Notes under the pieces: generated by a model | The model's input: the letters and a program-made list of their open reading frames with translations, nothing else | Told to the model about the DNA's origin: nothing | Databases searched by the model: none | Virus record (IMG/VR): IMGVR_UViG_3300028591_000079 | Span: 128,001 to 192,000 of that record | Source: a virus | Taxonomy: Duplodnaviria > Caudoviricetes | Reading direction: 5' to 3' (one strand) | DNA: 64,000 bases | Shown here: one piece after another, positions 10,062 through 20,570 of the stretch | Layout: each line of letters starts with the position of its first letter | How positions within the stretch are numbered: the first letter of the stretch is position 1 | Position numbers and translations under genes: made by a program

Positions 10062-10066
10062 AAATT

Positions 10067-10573
10067 ATGAGTATGGCTGCAACTTTGGGATTAATAAGTA
10101 AATTAGCTTCTTCTATTGGTGGAGCTTCTTCTTTGTCTGCCATTGCAAGTGCTTTAAAGTCTGGAGCAAAATCTAGTATGTATGCTATGAAAGTTGATGA
10201 AGGAGAAAAAAGTGATTGGTTAGTGTCTGCAATAAATTCTTCTGGTAATCCAACAATAATAGATCCAAATGCAAATGGTCAAAGTCCCATAACATTTTCA
10301 AGCAAATCAGATGCAGAAAGTTTTATAACTACAAATAACTTACATTACGACTACTCTCAAACTGAATCATCTACAATTTCCGTGGCAACTTTGATGGAAT
10401 ATACTCCTGAATCCGATGAAAATGTGGAAAAAATGGCAACAGATCCAGAAACGGGATTGGCTCAACCATGTTTAAATAAAAGAGCAGAATGTATAGCGCA
10501 AGAAAGAATGCCAACACCAGCAGATTATATACAAGCAATTAAACAAAAAATGTCTCAATGGCTACCAATATAA
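10067..10573 (+). CDS. Hypothetical virion-module protein
   Basis: 168-aa ORF within the baseplate operon; no recognised motif. Confidence 0.5.
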   Translation: MSMAATLGLISKLASSIGGASSLSAIASALKSGAKSSMYAMKVDEGEKSDWLVSAINSSGNPTIIDPNANGQSPITFSSKSDAESFITTNNLHYDYSQTESSTISVATLMEYTPESDENVEKMATDPETGLAQPCLNKRAECIAQERMPTPADYIQAIKQKMSQWLPI

Positions 10574-10606
10574 ACTAAAAAAACCATAAAATACATTGAT
10601 AATTAT

Positions 10607-10613
10607 AGTTCTA
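10607..10613 (+). promoter_or_regulatory. Putative late promoter motif AGTTCTA
   Basis: Intergenic, upstream of the gp25-like gene. Confidence 0.7.
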
Positions 10614-10645
10614 TCTATTAGTATAAAACAAAAATTCCCAAAACA

Positions 10646-11011
10646 ATGTATATAGATCTAAACATAAAATTTTCTCCATATAGTAATGAGTATGTTTACG
10701 TAGAAGACGTAAAAGACATTGTACAATCATTGGAAAGATTATTTAATACCAAAATAGGGTCTGTTCCTTTTAATAGATCTTATGGTTCTTCTTTGTGGAA
10801 TTTATTGTTTGAGAATGAAGGATTAGAAACTTACCAAATCGCCATGTTAATGTATCAAGAAATTCAAATGTGGGAACCAAGAGTAAGTTTATCTCCTGCC
10901 GATGTATCCATATCAAAAATGGACGAACACACGTATGAAATCAAGGTGATATTTAAAGTTCCGTCATTAAACAACACAATAGGTCAGATAACTTCAACAA
11001 TAACAGAATAA
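10646..11011 (+). CDS. Baseplate wedge subunit gp25-like
   Basis: IVQSLERLFNT..G..PFNRSYGS.L..LLFE..I..WEPRV. Confidence 0.92.
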   Translation: MYIDLNIKFSPYSNEYVYVEDVKDIVQSLERLFNTKIGSVPFNRSYGSSLWNLLFENEGLETYQIAMLMYQEIQMWEPRVSLSPADVSISKMDEHTYEIKVIFKVPSLNNTIGQITSTITE

Positions 11012-11014
11012 GCC

Positions 11015-14000
11015 ATGAAATTAGATTCAATTATTTATGATACAGGTACTTTAGCTACAGCGTTGACAGAAAAACTAACAAACGAATCTCCAACTTTTAA
11101 AGCTATGTACCCATCTGAAACATCAACAGCATTGGTAAATCTTTTAGCCGGTTATGGATCAATGCTTCAATATACAATAGTTTCAGCATTGGCGAATTGT
11201 TATACCGATACAGCTTATTCGCCATCGGCAATATATCAACTAGCTGAAACATTAGGAAACAGACTTCATGGTAATGTCTCATCTCAACTTTATTGTGATA
11301 TAACAAGAACAACATTACAAAGCAAAAATGGTGTAGTGATTCCTTCTTATAGTATTTTTGAGGTTGAAGGTTTGCCATTTTTCAATACGAGTCCTGTGGT
11401 TTTTCCAAAAGGTGTTGATACCATTCATAATGTTTTATTGGTTCAAGGAGAATATACAATAGTTGAATTTTATACGAGTGGAGCTGCCGGAGAAAAATTA
11501 TACTTTTCGAATGATTTTAAGTGTAATATGAATATGGTAAAGGTATTTGTTGAAGATAAAGAATGGGATACATTAGACACATTCCTTCCACTAAATTCTA
11601 TGACACTTATTGATTCAGAACAATCTAACACAGTCGTATTACGCATGTCTTCTGATGGAAGGGCGTATATTAAATTTGGAAACAATTCAAATGGTGCCTT
11701 GCCACAGGCAGGTTCAAAGGTGAGAATTGAATATGTATCAAACGAAGGTGCAAATGGAAACATTGAAAAAACGAATATGAACGTTCAACTTATGAGTCAA
11801 ATTTATTACAATGATAATGCAATAAATACACTTTTGGAAGTTGATATTGTAACAAGTCAACCTGCATATGGTGGATATAATACTCAAAGTTTAGAAGTTT
11901 TAAAAGAATCATCCCCTTATGTTTTTGCATCTGGCGATAGAGCAGTAAGAAGAGAAGATTATAAGGCAATTTTGTTGAATAAGTGTGGTTATATTTCGGC
12001 AAATGCATGGGGAGAATACGAAGAAGCAAAATCTTATGGTGGTTATGATAAAATCATGATGAATATGGTTTATTATACTGGAATAAAAGAAATTCAACAA
12101 TATGATTATAGACCACTCGGCGGATTGAAAATTGAAGACTCAGAAGAAGGAGTTGACACATTAAACCCCGTATATTTTACAAACTCATTAGGTAGCGTAA
12201 AAGGATTTCCGGGTTCTTATGAGGTTGATTTAATAAGCAATTTAGATGATACACAAAAAATAAGATATTCTGACAAAAAAGGTAATGGAATATTGGTTTG
12301 TGATCCAAGTGATAATAATATGTGGGATGCAACAGGGCTGGATGATATTCAAGAAAGATCACAATATTTATACCCATATAATGATTCTTTTGATTTATAT
12401 AAGAATTCACCAGCGACAGAATTTTCTGTTTATTGTTTACAAACAGTAGAAAATTCTAGTGATCATGAATATCAAGGTAACCCAAGAGAATATAATGACA
12501 GAACTTTGTTGTTTGACATAGAAGGAAATGCAAAAAATGAAAATTTCATATCGCATGGAACATATGACTCGGGACAAAGTGGTCAAAATCCATCAATGAA
12601 AATAACATTTGATACGCCATTGCAAATATTTATGCAGTTTCCTGGTGATGGAGTATCTATATCAATGTTTTCTTTTATGACACCAACAAATGCAACAACA
12701 ACTGATTTAGGTAGATTCCCAGGATCAATATCTATTTATGCAACAGATACAGACACAAGTCAAGAAAATAGTTCGTTTTTTAATAATATAAAAAATAATA
12801 GTGCATGGACAAGAATTGCTGAAGTACAAAAATTAAATGTACCAAACATATCTGGGGCATGGAGTGATTGGGTTACAACGAAATTATTCAACCCGACTAA
12901 TGGAGGATGGAGAAAATACCCAAATTACATGATTGAAATTTATGATTTACAAAACCTAGATTTAGTAGATTGGGGAACAGGAGAACAAAACTCAGATCAG
13001 GGGAAATGTTTTATTGGAAAAATAAAATTTTTATTGAATGAAGTTAAATCAAAAAGATATGCATGGGGTGGACAAGAAATAACAATAGAAGATCCTGCAA
13101 CAGGAGAAGAAACAACGGCGTTGTCGAATAAATATTATACAAAATCTGCAACATATGACGAACCATATGACCCGACAAATCAAAATCAAAATCATGATTT
13201 ATATACAATTTACGACGAAAATATGAAGAAAAAAGTTGGATGGCATGTAAATTCATTGGTTTCGGGCGATAATGGTGATTATATAACAATAATTACACCA
13301 ACCGGGGATATAATTGGTAGAGGGGAAACAAATAATTATGATTGCACCCTGAGAAAAATGGTGTCTGGAGAACAAGAACAATTCAATATTACAGATCACG
13401 AAACATCGACGATTGATTATGAAAATAATTCTTTAGCGAATTTGTGTATACCAAAATTATTAGATTCTATGAATTATTATAAATACAACATAATAGTAAG
13501 TGGACTAACTGCAGCAAACAATTATAGATCTGGAGATTTATTAAGTTATTCATTTAATAATGGATATTATGTAAATGTTCGAGTTGCCAATATAAATACA
13601 GAATCATATGAAATTGCAATAAACAACATTCGTGGATCTGTGGCAAATTCAACATCTACGCAAAGTGGAAAAAGAAAATTAGAAGTGTCAGATGTGGATT
13701 TGAATTATATGATTGGCACAACCGGACAAGGTGCAAAAGTCACGGTAACATCTGACGATGCAATAAATGTTTATGGTACTTTTACTGGAAATGCGTATAG
13801 TACAGCTACAGCTCAAGCAATAGATTCTCCAATTTTGGAACAATATAATCATTTTACAACATATACGGAATTTAAACAACCAAGGGTGAAAAACGTAAAG
13901 GTTGATGTAACGGTAGAATATGAGGATAGTAATTCGTATAAAGACACTCGAAGAAAAGTTGAAGAAGCTATTCATGGTGTTTTTGATATTACTCCTTATT

Positions 14001-14179
14001 ATGTTGGCAAGAGTTTGGATGTTTCAGATATTTGGGCCGCAATAAACAATGTTGCTGGTGTTAAAAGATTTATAGTTACATATCCAACCGAAAATATAGA
14101 TTGTGAACCATATGAATTTATAACTCTTCAAAAAAATAATTTAACAATAACAGACAAATTTAGCGAAGATTTCAAATAA
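11015..14179 (+). CDS. Baseplate wedge protein gp6-like with a large internal insertion
   Basis: LLVQG, IKFGN..G..P, Y..NEGANGN, AYGG..S..DRAVRREDY; C-terminal G..L..SDI..INNVAGV. Confidence 0.88.
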   Translation: MKLDSIIYDTGTLATALTEKLTNESPTFKAMYPSETSTALVNLLAGYGSMLQYTIVSALANCYTDTAYSPSAIYQLAETLGNRLHGNVSSQLYCDITRTTLQSKNGVVIPSYSIFEVEGLPFFNTSPVVFPKGVDTIHNVLLVQGEYTIVEFYTSGAAGEKLYFSNDFKCNMNMVKVFVEDKEWDTLDTFLPLNSMTLIDSEQSNTVVLRMSSDGRAYIKFGNNSNGALPQAGSKVRIEYVSNEGANGNIEKTNMNVQLMSQIYYNDNAINTLLEVDIVTSQPAYGGYNTQSLEVLKESSPYVFASGDRAVRREDYKAILLNKCGYISANAWGEYEEAKSYGGYDKIMMNMVYYTGIKEIQQYDYRPLGGLKIEDSEEGVDTLNPVYFTNSLGSVKGFPGSYEVDLISNLDDTQKIRYSDKKGNGILVCDPSDNNMWDATGLDDIQERSQYLYPYNDSFDLYKNSPATEFSVYCLQTVENSSDHEYQGNPREYNDRTLLFDIEGNAKNENFISHGTYDSGQSGQNPSMKITFDTPLQIFMQFPGDGVSISMFSFMTPTNATTTDLGRFPGSISIYATDTDTSQENSSFFNNIKNNSAWTRIAEVQKLNVPNISGAWSDWVTTKLFNPTNGGWRKYPNYMIEIYDLQNLDLVDWGTGEQNSDQGKCFIGKIKFLLNEVKSKRYAWGGQEITIEDPATGEETTALSNKYYTKSATYDEPYDPTNQNQNHDLYTIYDENMKKKVGWHVNSLVSGDNGDYITIITPTGDIIGRGETNNYDCTLRKMVSGEQEQFNITDHETSTIDYENNSLANLCIPKLLDSMNYYKYNIIVSGLTAANNYRSGDLLSYSFNNGYYVNVRVANINTESYEIAINNIRGSVANSTSTQSGKRKLEVSDVDLNYMIGTTGQGAKVTVTSDDAINVYGTFTGNAYSTATAQAIDSPILEQYNHFTTYTEFKQPRVKNVKVDVTVEYEDSNSYKDTRRKVEEAIHGVFDITPYYVGKSLDVSDIWAAINNVAGVKRFIVTYPTENIDCEPYEFITLQKNNLTITDKFSEDFK

Positions 14180-17100
14180 TGACAGACATAAATAAAATAT
14201 TTTTAGATACAACTCTCACAGTAGAAAGTGGATATAGTAATTCACTGTGTTTTGTTGATGGTGTGGCTATAGATAAATCAAGATACACATTAGAAAATAA
14301 TGAATTGAACATATATAGAGAAGCATCTAATTATGTTAGTTTATTTTATGATTTAAATATTAGTAGATGTTATTATTTTGAAAGAAACCTAAATGATTAT
14401 GGAACAATAATTAGCGGACCAGATAAAAAAGGAAACACTATACAAAATCTAAAGAACAAAAATATTATGATTTTTGTTGATGGTATACTGTTAGGAAAAA
14501 ATGAATATAGTGTGTTAGATTCAGAAAACGTAGCACTACTAATAATAAAAAATGACAATAATTTTCATGATGTTATTATCTATGTATCAAATACAGAACT
14601 TACATACGGAATTTTATCAGATCCACTAAATCAATTGGGACCAAACAGTACAATAAGTGATTTTTATGTTGTATTAAATCATGATGTAACTTGGAGACTG
14701 TCCGATGTTGATAATTCCATTTGGGTAGATAACAATGGATTAAAATGGACTTTAGAAGATATAGACAAAAATAGAATAAGATTTGGTCGTGGAGATAACA
14801 ATCATAATTTAAGAACAGAAACAACAATACCAAATTATTTCACTTGTATTACAATAGGTGAATTGTCAATAGCATCTTCTGAAATAATAAAAAAAACTTG
14901 GGGACCCGATCAAACAGAAGAATCAAATAATCCTGAAAATAAAATAGGATATAGTCGTTATAATACATTGATTTTTAAGAACGGAAGACTTGTACCAACA
15001 TCATTAATAAAAACAAACGCAGACGGATATAGTTTTGTAGAATTTGACCCACTACCATCTGATAAATTTGAATATTATAAATTAAATAGTCAAACGTTGT
15101 CTTATAATTTTGAAGCCACCCCTGGTATAACAACTTATGGACCCAGGGACGATTATCGTGTAAAACTTCCATTGTTATATGATTCAACTGTTCTTTTGGG
15201 TGATCTTGCAAGAGTTGTTGTTGATGATCTTAGACCTGGATTTATTATATGTGAAAAAGATCGTGCCGGAAGATTAATGGTTGTGGATGAAACAGATGAA
15301 AGTTCAAGAATAAAAGTTTTAACAATTCATGAGTTTTCTAAATCAGAATATGCACCAGATGAATATTATTTAGAGGTTCCAGAAGCAAAAAATATCGTAG
15401 ATTATCTTTCTGATTATGATAAAAAATTCATTATGCTTCCAGAAATTTTACGCATCTTCCAAAGAGTGTTGTTAGATGAAGTTCATGATGAAGTAGAAAG
15501 AATAAAAAACATAAGAAACTCATCAAAAGTGGATTCTGCGCATATTCATAAATTATTAAGTCTTCTTGGTATGAAATTAGACATAAAGCATTTGAATATA
15601 AAACAATTGCAAGAAGCCATTGATGAACTTACTAATTTTTATAGATTGGCTGGGACAAAACAGTCATTAAACTATTTCAATATTGTACAAGACAATACGA
15701 AACTTATAAATATCAAACAATTGTTCACATATCACAAACAAAGAGAAAAAGAAGATAGTAAAAAAACTTATTCATATAAATATAATTTTTTAAATGATCA
15801 ATCACACGGAGAAGGTTATCGCGAAGGAGAAAAGTATAAACTTATAGACAATCATAGTGGATATCCTGTTGATACAGGAAGCATTGTCACTATAAATTCT
15901 GTTGGCGAATTCGATGGAAAACAAAATGCTATATTGTCGTTTTCTGCAGATAAATTTGAAGGAAGTCAAAGTTTTCAATATTTACCACTAACTTTGGAAA
16001 CAATGTCAACAGGAGCAACAGTTGATATCAAATCTATTCCGTATATGTATCAATATGATATAACAATTCCAGAAGAAAGTAGCTCTACTGGTTTTAATGA
16101 GGGAGACATATTAACATCACCGTTATTTGATGGAAGGATTTGGGTTGAAGAGGTTGACCCAATAGATGGACGTATTACACGTTTTGATTTTGAACCAAAA
16201 AGCGGAACAAAATCATATGAAAATATTCAAAATTCACCACTACAAATACAAACATCTGGTGCTGTTTTGAAACTTATTATAACAGCAACAACACAAGAAC
16301 AAACCATAACTTATGATACTGTAAATGGTAATTTTGACAGTAGAAGAAATGGTGGAAATAAAATCGGAGTCTTTGATGTAAAAATAAACGAAACCGCAGA
16401 GTATGAAATTATAATGTCCGGGGGTGGCGGGTCTGGTGGCGCTGCTGATACAGAAATTGGTTCAACAAACGATTCTCCGGCAGAAAAAGGATATAGTGGT
16501 GAAGAAATAACAAAAAGAATTGTTTGTGTTGCTGGAAGTATAATATCATGCAATATTGGGCAAGGTGGAAGGTCAAGTTACGCAAAAGGTGGCGGCGGAT
16601 GTTATTGTGGTTCTGGCGGTGTTGGTGAAAATAATGGTGGTATGGGATATAATAAATCGGAGCGAATAAAAGGAAACACATCACATGGGACTGGATTCGG
16701 AAGTCATTATTCTATTGAATTTTACACACTAAACGGCAAAACAACTAGCGGTTATAGATGGTCAAAAGCAGCATCTGGATCTGGTGGCGGTAGTTCTTCT
16801 TTCGTATATAATAATAAAAAATATATAGCAAAAGGTGGCGATGGTGGAAGTGCAACTTGGGCCGGGAAAAATGGCGCAAATACTGTATTACAAGGCGGCA
16901 TTGGCGGCGGCGGCGGCACAAAATCAGGATCCGGGGCATACGGTGGTTCCAGAAACCCTGACAATAGCAGCTTTACATCTGAAGCAGGTAAAGACGGTTA
17001 CATTATAATTAGAAAAATAACACAAAATTATTCATCAAAAGCAACACTGGAAAATAATTACAACATTAAAGCGCCAAGCGGTACAGTATTTAAATCAACA

Positions 17101-18141
17101 GATAATTCTTTTACTCTTGTTGCAGAAACGATTGAAAATGAAAAAATTACAAGTTTTACAATAACCCCAGAATCAGGGATTATGCCTGTGTGTATCACAA
17201 ACGCAAATGGCGAAATAACTTCATATACAAAATCGTTTGATTTGGTAAATATCGAGAAAAGTGCCAATTTTACTCTTTCACAAAATGTTAGTATATATAA
17301 TTATAGCGTAACCTTAAGAAACCAAGGGATAAATTATTTAACTGAACAAGTATTGAAAGATAACGATGAATTTGTAACAATAAATGTAACTGGTGTTGAT
17401 CAAGGAAAAATTACAAATTTTACCTATACACCAACACAAGGGACTAATTTTGTGGAATTTTATGGTTTATCATTAAATAATACAACACATGGAAATGGTG
17501 CAATTTTAACAATAGATGCATCATCACCAATAAATATTCAAAACATAGAAAGAGAATATATTGATTTTTACACAATAGACGAATTAGCTGGGCCAGAAGC
17601 TTATCATAAAGAGTACAGATTTCCAGTTACGGACTATGGATATGTTAATCAGGGATCACCAAACTCCCCATATCCATGGGCACCAGGAATGGCAGATATT
17701 GATTATGGAAGAACATCAGAAGGTAGCCCAAATTCCCCAAATATTACCGAGCCTGGTGGTGCAGATATTGATTATGGATATGTAAAAAATAGAATAAAAG
17801 GCCAATGGGTTGAATGGTGGGATTTTGAACGTCCGAGTGATTTATATCCAACGAACCATGTTGAAATAGAGATCAATATTTTATCAAACGAAAATTATGA
17901 ACAAGCAGTGACGAGATTTTATAAACAATTTTATTCGTTGGCGAGTACTGTTTTATATATACACAGACTTATTACAACATATAATATGGGAAATAATTTG
18001 GCAACAGGAATTACTGCTGACAATCCTAATGGTGGTGACGGTAGAATATTAATGGGTATAATGACAACTCAACCATACGTAAACCAAGTAATAACAGTTA
18101 CCAATGATCCGGCCAGACAACCAGATATATCAAACAACTAA
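14179..18141 (+). CDS. Large baseplate protein (gp7-like) with a glycine-rich domain
   Basis: Follows gp6; KLLSLLG..FYRLAGT..L element; SGGGGSGG..GGGGG..DGYIII glycine-rich domain. Confidence 0.65.
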   Translation: MTDINKIFLDTTLTVESGYSNSLCFVDGVAIDKSRYTLENNELNIYREASNYVSLFYDLNISRCYYFERNLNDYGTIISGPDKKGNTIQNLKNKNIMIFVDGILLGKNEYSVLDSENVALLIIKNDNNFHDVIIYVSNTELTYGILSDPLNQLGPNSTISDFYVVLNHDVTWRLSDVDNSIWVDNNGLKWTLEDIDKNRIRFGRGDNNHNLRTETTIPNYFTCITIGELSIASSEIIKKTWGPDQTEESNNPENKIGYSRYNTLIFKNGRLVPTSLIKTNADGYSFVEFDPLPSDKFEYYKLNSQTLSYNFEATPGITTYGPRDDYRVKLPLLYDSTVLLGDLARVVVDDLRPGFIICEKDRAGRLMVVDETDESSRIKVLTIHEFSKSEYAPDEYYLEVPEAKNIVDYLSDYDKKFIMLPEILRIFQRVLLDEVHDEVERIKNIRNSSKVDSAHIHKLLSLLGMKLDIKHLNIKQLQEAIDELTNFYRLAGTKQSLNYFNIVQDNTKLINIKQLFTYHKQREKEDSKKTYSYKYNFLNDQSHGEGYREGEKYKLIDNHSGYPVDTGSIVTINSVGEFDGKQNAILSFSADKFEGSQSFQYLPLTLETMSTGATVDIKSIPYMYQYDITIPEESSSTGFNEGDILTSPLFDGRIWVEEVDPIDGRITRFDFEPKSGTKSYENIQNSPLQIQTSGAVLKLIITATTQEQTITYDTVNGNFDSRRNGGNKIGVFDVKINETAEYEIIMSGGGGSGGAADTEIGSTNDSPAEKGYSGEEITKRIVCVAGSIISCNIGQGGRSSYAKGGGGCYCGSGGVGENNGGMGYNKSERIKGNTSHGTGFGSHYSIEFYTLNGKTTSGYRWSKAASGSGGGSSSFVYNNKKYIAKGGDGGSATWAGKNGANTVLQGGIGGGGGTKSGSGAYGGSRNPDNSSFTSEAGKDGYIIIRKITQNYSSKATLENNYNIKAPSGTVFKSTDNSFTLVAETIENEKITSFTITPESGIMPVCITNANGEITSYTKSFDLVNIEKSANFTLSQNVSIYNYSVTLRNQGINYLTEQVLKDNDEFVTINVTGVDQGKITNFTYTPTQGTNFVEFYGLSLNNTTHGNGAILTIDASSPINIQNIEREYIDFYTIDELAGPEAYHKEYRFPVTDYGYVNQGSPNSPYPWAPGMADIDYGRTSEGSPNSPNITEPGGADIDYGYVKNRIKGQWVEWWDFERPSDLYPTNHVEIEINILSNENYEQAVTRFYKQFYSLASTVLYIHRLITTYNMGNNLATGITADNPNGGDGRILMGIMTTQPYVNQVITVTNDPARQPDISNN

Positions 18142-18180
18142 TAATGTAACATGTTTTGATTATAAATATTTATAAAAACA

Positions 18181-18187
18181 AGTTCTA
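18181..18187 (+). promoter_or_regulatory. Putative late promoter motif AGTTCTA
   Basis: Intergenic, upstream of 18234. Confidence 0.7.
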
Positions 18188-18233
18188 TATAAAGATCAGG
18201 TTAAATAATTTTTCAAGCAAAGAGTAACAACAA

Positions 18234-20555
18234 ATGAAAGTCTCAAAAAATACACTTCAATTATCATATTCAATTGCAGAGAGTCATTTTTTTCTAACTC
18301 GTAATGATAGAAATTCTTATTTTGCTAGCTATCCTGCAGAATTGGTAGCCGGTGTTATGTGCGCAATCGGTGGAGATCCACAAACTACTGCTAGTGATGC
18401 AGAGGTTTGGGAAGCAGAAATGTACAACGGAGCAAATTGGACATTGCAAACAATCGATCAAAGTTTTTCTCTTGTTGTTACCGAAGATGGATTAAATGCA
18501 ATAACCTATATTGGTAAAAACGAAGGATTTTATAAATTAGCAATTTCAGCAATAAAAATCAAACAAAACAATATTATAAACCCACTAAAAAATATCATGC
18601 AGTGGACAAAAGAGGATTTTGAGGCGGATGGGGATATAATATTAGATTCAATGACAAATGCTAATTTTACATTGGACAATAATTTGTCTTACAGAACAAA
18701 TATGTCAAATGGAGGTATACAATTTGCAATAAAAATTGATACAAACACATATGGAGAAATTGGAAGAGAAAGATATGACGAATATACAATAGGTGCAATT
18801 GGTTTATATGTACAAGACCCCCAAGAAACAAATAGACAAGTTTTGTTTGCTGTGGCAAATCTAAACAATGCAATCCCAAAATATTCAACAAAAGCAGATC
18901 GCGTTGGAAATGCAATAAAAATATTATTGAACACCGTTATTTCAAATCTTGGATATGTATCAGATCTTACTGTTTTTCCGGAAAGTGTAAATAGTATTCC
19001 AGAAGTCGATACTGAACAACAGTTGGTGGAAAACTATGGTACGGTTATATCTCCTTATAATTTTTATTTAGTAAACAATTATGCAGGAACTAATCAACCA
19101 GCATTAGCAGCAAGAAAAGGAGATCCAACAAAAGAAGATGTTACATGGGAATATTTTACAACAAAAGATGTTGCAATCAATAATATTGACGATGCTATGT
19201 TTGATCCTCTCATAGAAGAATATATGGTTGTTACATGGGATTCGAGTGCTGAAAAATTTGTAAGAGCAGATGGCGCAACGGTTGATCCAGCAGTAAATCC
19301 ATCAAACAATAATCTTACCGGCATTAAAACTGGGAACGGAGTAATTTTTGCTGGAAGTGTTAGCAATTTTAATATAAAAACACAATTCAATATCTCGATA
19401 AATGATGGCGGATCAAATTATAAAATAAACGACAAATTATTTTATGCAGACACAGATACAGGACTAATATTTAAAATAAAAGTAACAAATGTAGATGCTG
19501 GTGGTAAAGTTTTGCAATTTTCAACAACAAGCATAAGTGGAACTGGTACAATATCAAAAACAAATGTTGCTTTTGAATATGATACAAGTGAACAAACAAC
19601 AACTCCAACAGGTAGTGGCTTTAAAGCAAACATTGTGTCTGCAGGTGTTGATTCATCTGTATATATTTGGGATTTTCCATCATCTTGGTATAACATGCCA
19701 TTATATGTTGATACACAAACACCAACATACACAGGAGACGATAGAACCGATGGGCGTGGAAGATTAACAAACGTAGAAACAGATTGGTTTGTCGGTTGGT
19801 GTACTGGTACAGGCACAAATAGTTCTATAAGGTTGGCAATAAACCTTGACGATAAAGCGTCAACATCTGATTATGGAACAACAAGATACGCAACAACCGC
19901 AGAAATAAACAATCCATATAATAATCAAGGCGCCGCACAAGTAATCACAGCAGACATTTGGTCTTTGAAAAACAATTATTTACAAATAACAAAGCCGGGA
20001 ACGATTCGTGCAGATGGAAACGGACATGAGGGTGATTCAATAAATAATCCAATACAAGTAGATTCTTTTGTAAAATTCAACGAAACTGTTGTTGGAAAAG
20101 GTGTGGCAAATATGCCAATAAACAACAATACAGTAGTGGATCAAAACGTCTCTTTCTTTGGTTTAGCATATCGCGCATGGTGGGGGGACTTGGCAGAATA
20201 TTATCGATCAGATAAAGTTTATCCTGCCGGAACATTGATTACAATAGGCTGTGGTCCCGCAGAAATAACTCAAGCAATAACAGAATGCAACGGGATTATT
20301 TCAGAAAGACCAGGATACGAACTAGGAAATAAAACATCACCAAATGATTTACCCGTAGCACTTGTTGGAAAAGTCCCAGTTATATTTGACAATAGATGTA
20401 ACCCAAGATTTGGAGATAGAGTGTATTTGTCTTCAATTGAACCAGGAAGAGCATCAACAATTCCGTATGGACCTTGTTTGGGCAAAATCATAGACAAGGG
20501 TAAAGATTTAAAAACACAAAGCACTATTTTATGCTCAGTAAGAATAAGTTTCTAA
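18234..20555 (+). CDS. Tail fibre/baseplate protein with a C-terminal autocleaved-chaperone-like domain
   Basis: N-terminal VTEDGL..IGLY..LFAVA collar-like motif; C-terminal DLAEYY..G.IS..P..PVALVGKVPV..GD..G..LGK. Confidence 0.7.
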   Translation: MKVSKNTLQLSYSIAESHFFLTRNDRNSYFASYPAELVAGVMCAIGGDPQTTASDAEVWEAEMYNGANWTLQTIDQSFSLVVTEDGLNAITYIGKNEGFYKLAISAIKIKQNNIINPLKNIMQWTKEDFEADGDIILDSMTNANFTLDNNLSYRTNMSNGGIQFAIKIDTNTYGEIGRERYDEYTIGAIGLYVQDPQETNRQVLFAVANLNNAIPKYSTKADRVGNAIKILLNTVISNLGYVSDLTVFPESVNSIPEVDTEQQLVENYGTVISPYNFYLVNNYAGTNQPALAARKGDPTKEDVTWEYFTTKDVAINNIDDAMFDPLIEEYMVVTWDSSAEKFVRADGATVDPAVNPSNNNLTGIKTGNGVIFAGSVSNFNIKTQFNISINDGGSNYKINDKLFYADTDTGLIFKIKVTNVDAGGKVLQFSTTSISGTGTISKTNVAFEYDTSEQTTTPTGSGFKANIVSAGVDSSVYIWDFPSSWYNMPLYVDTQTPTYTGDDRTDGRGRLTNVETDWFVGWCTGTGTNSSIRLAINLDDKASTSDYGTTRYATTAEINNPYNNQGAAQVITADIWSLKNNYLQITKPGTIRADGNGHEGDSINNPIQVDSFVKFNETVVGKGVANMPINNNTVVDQNVSFFGLAYRAWWGDLAEYYRSDKVYPAGTLITIGCGPAEITQAITECNGIISERPGYELGNKTSPNDLPVALVGKVPVIFDNRCNPRFGDRVYLSSIEPGRASTIPYGPCLGKIIDKGKDLKTQSTILCSVRISF

Positions 20556-20570
20556 ACGCAAGGAAAAAAC

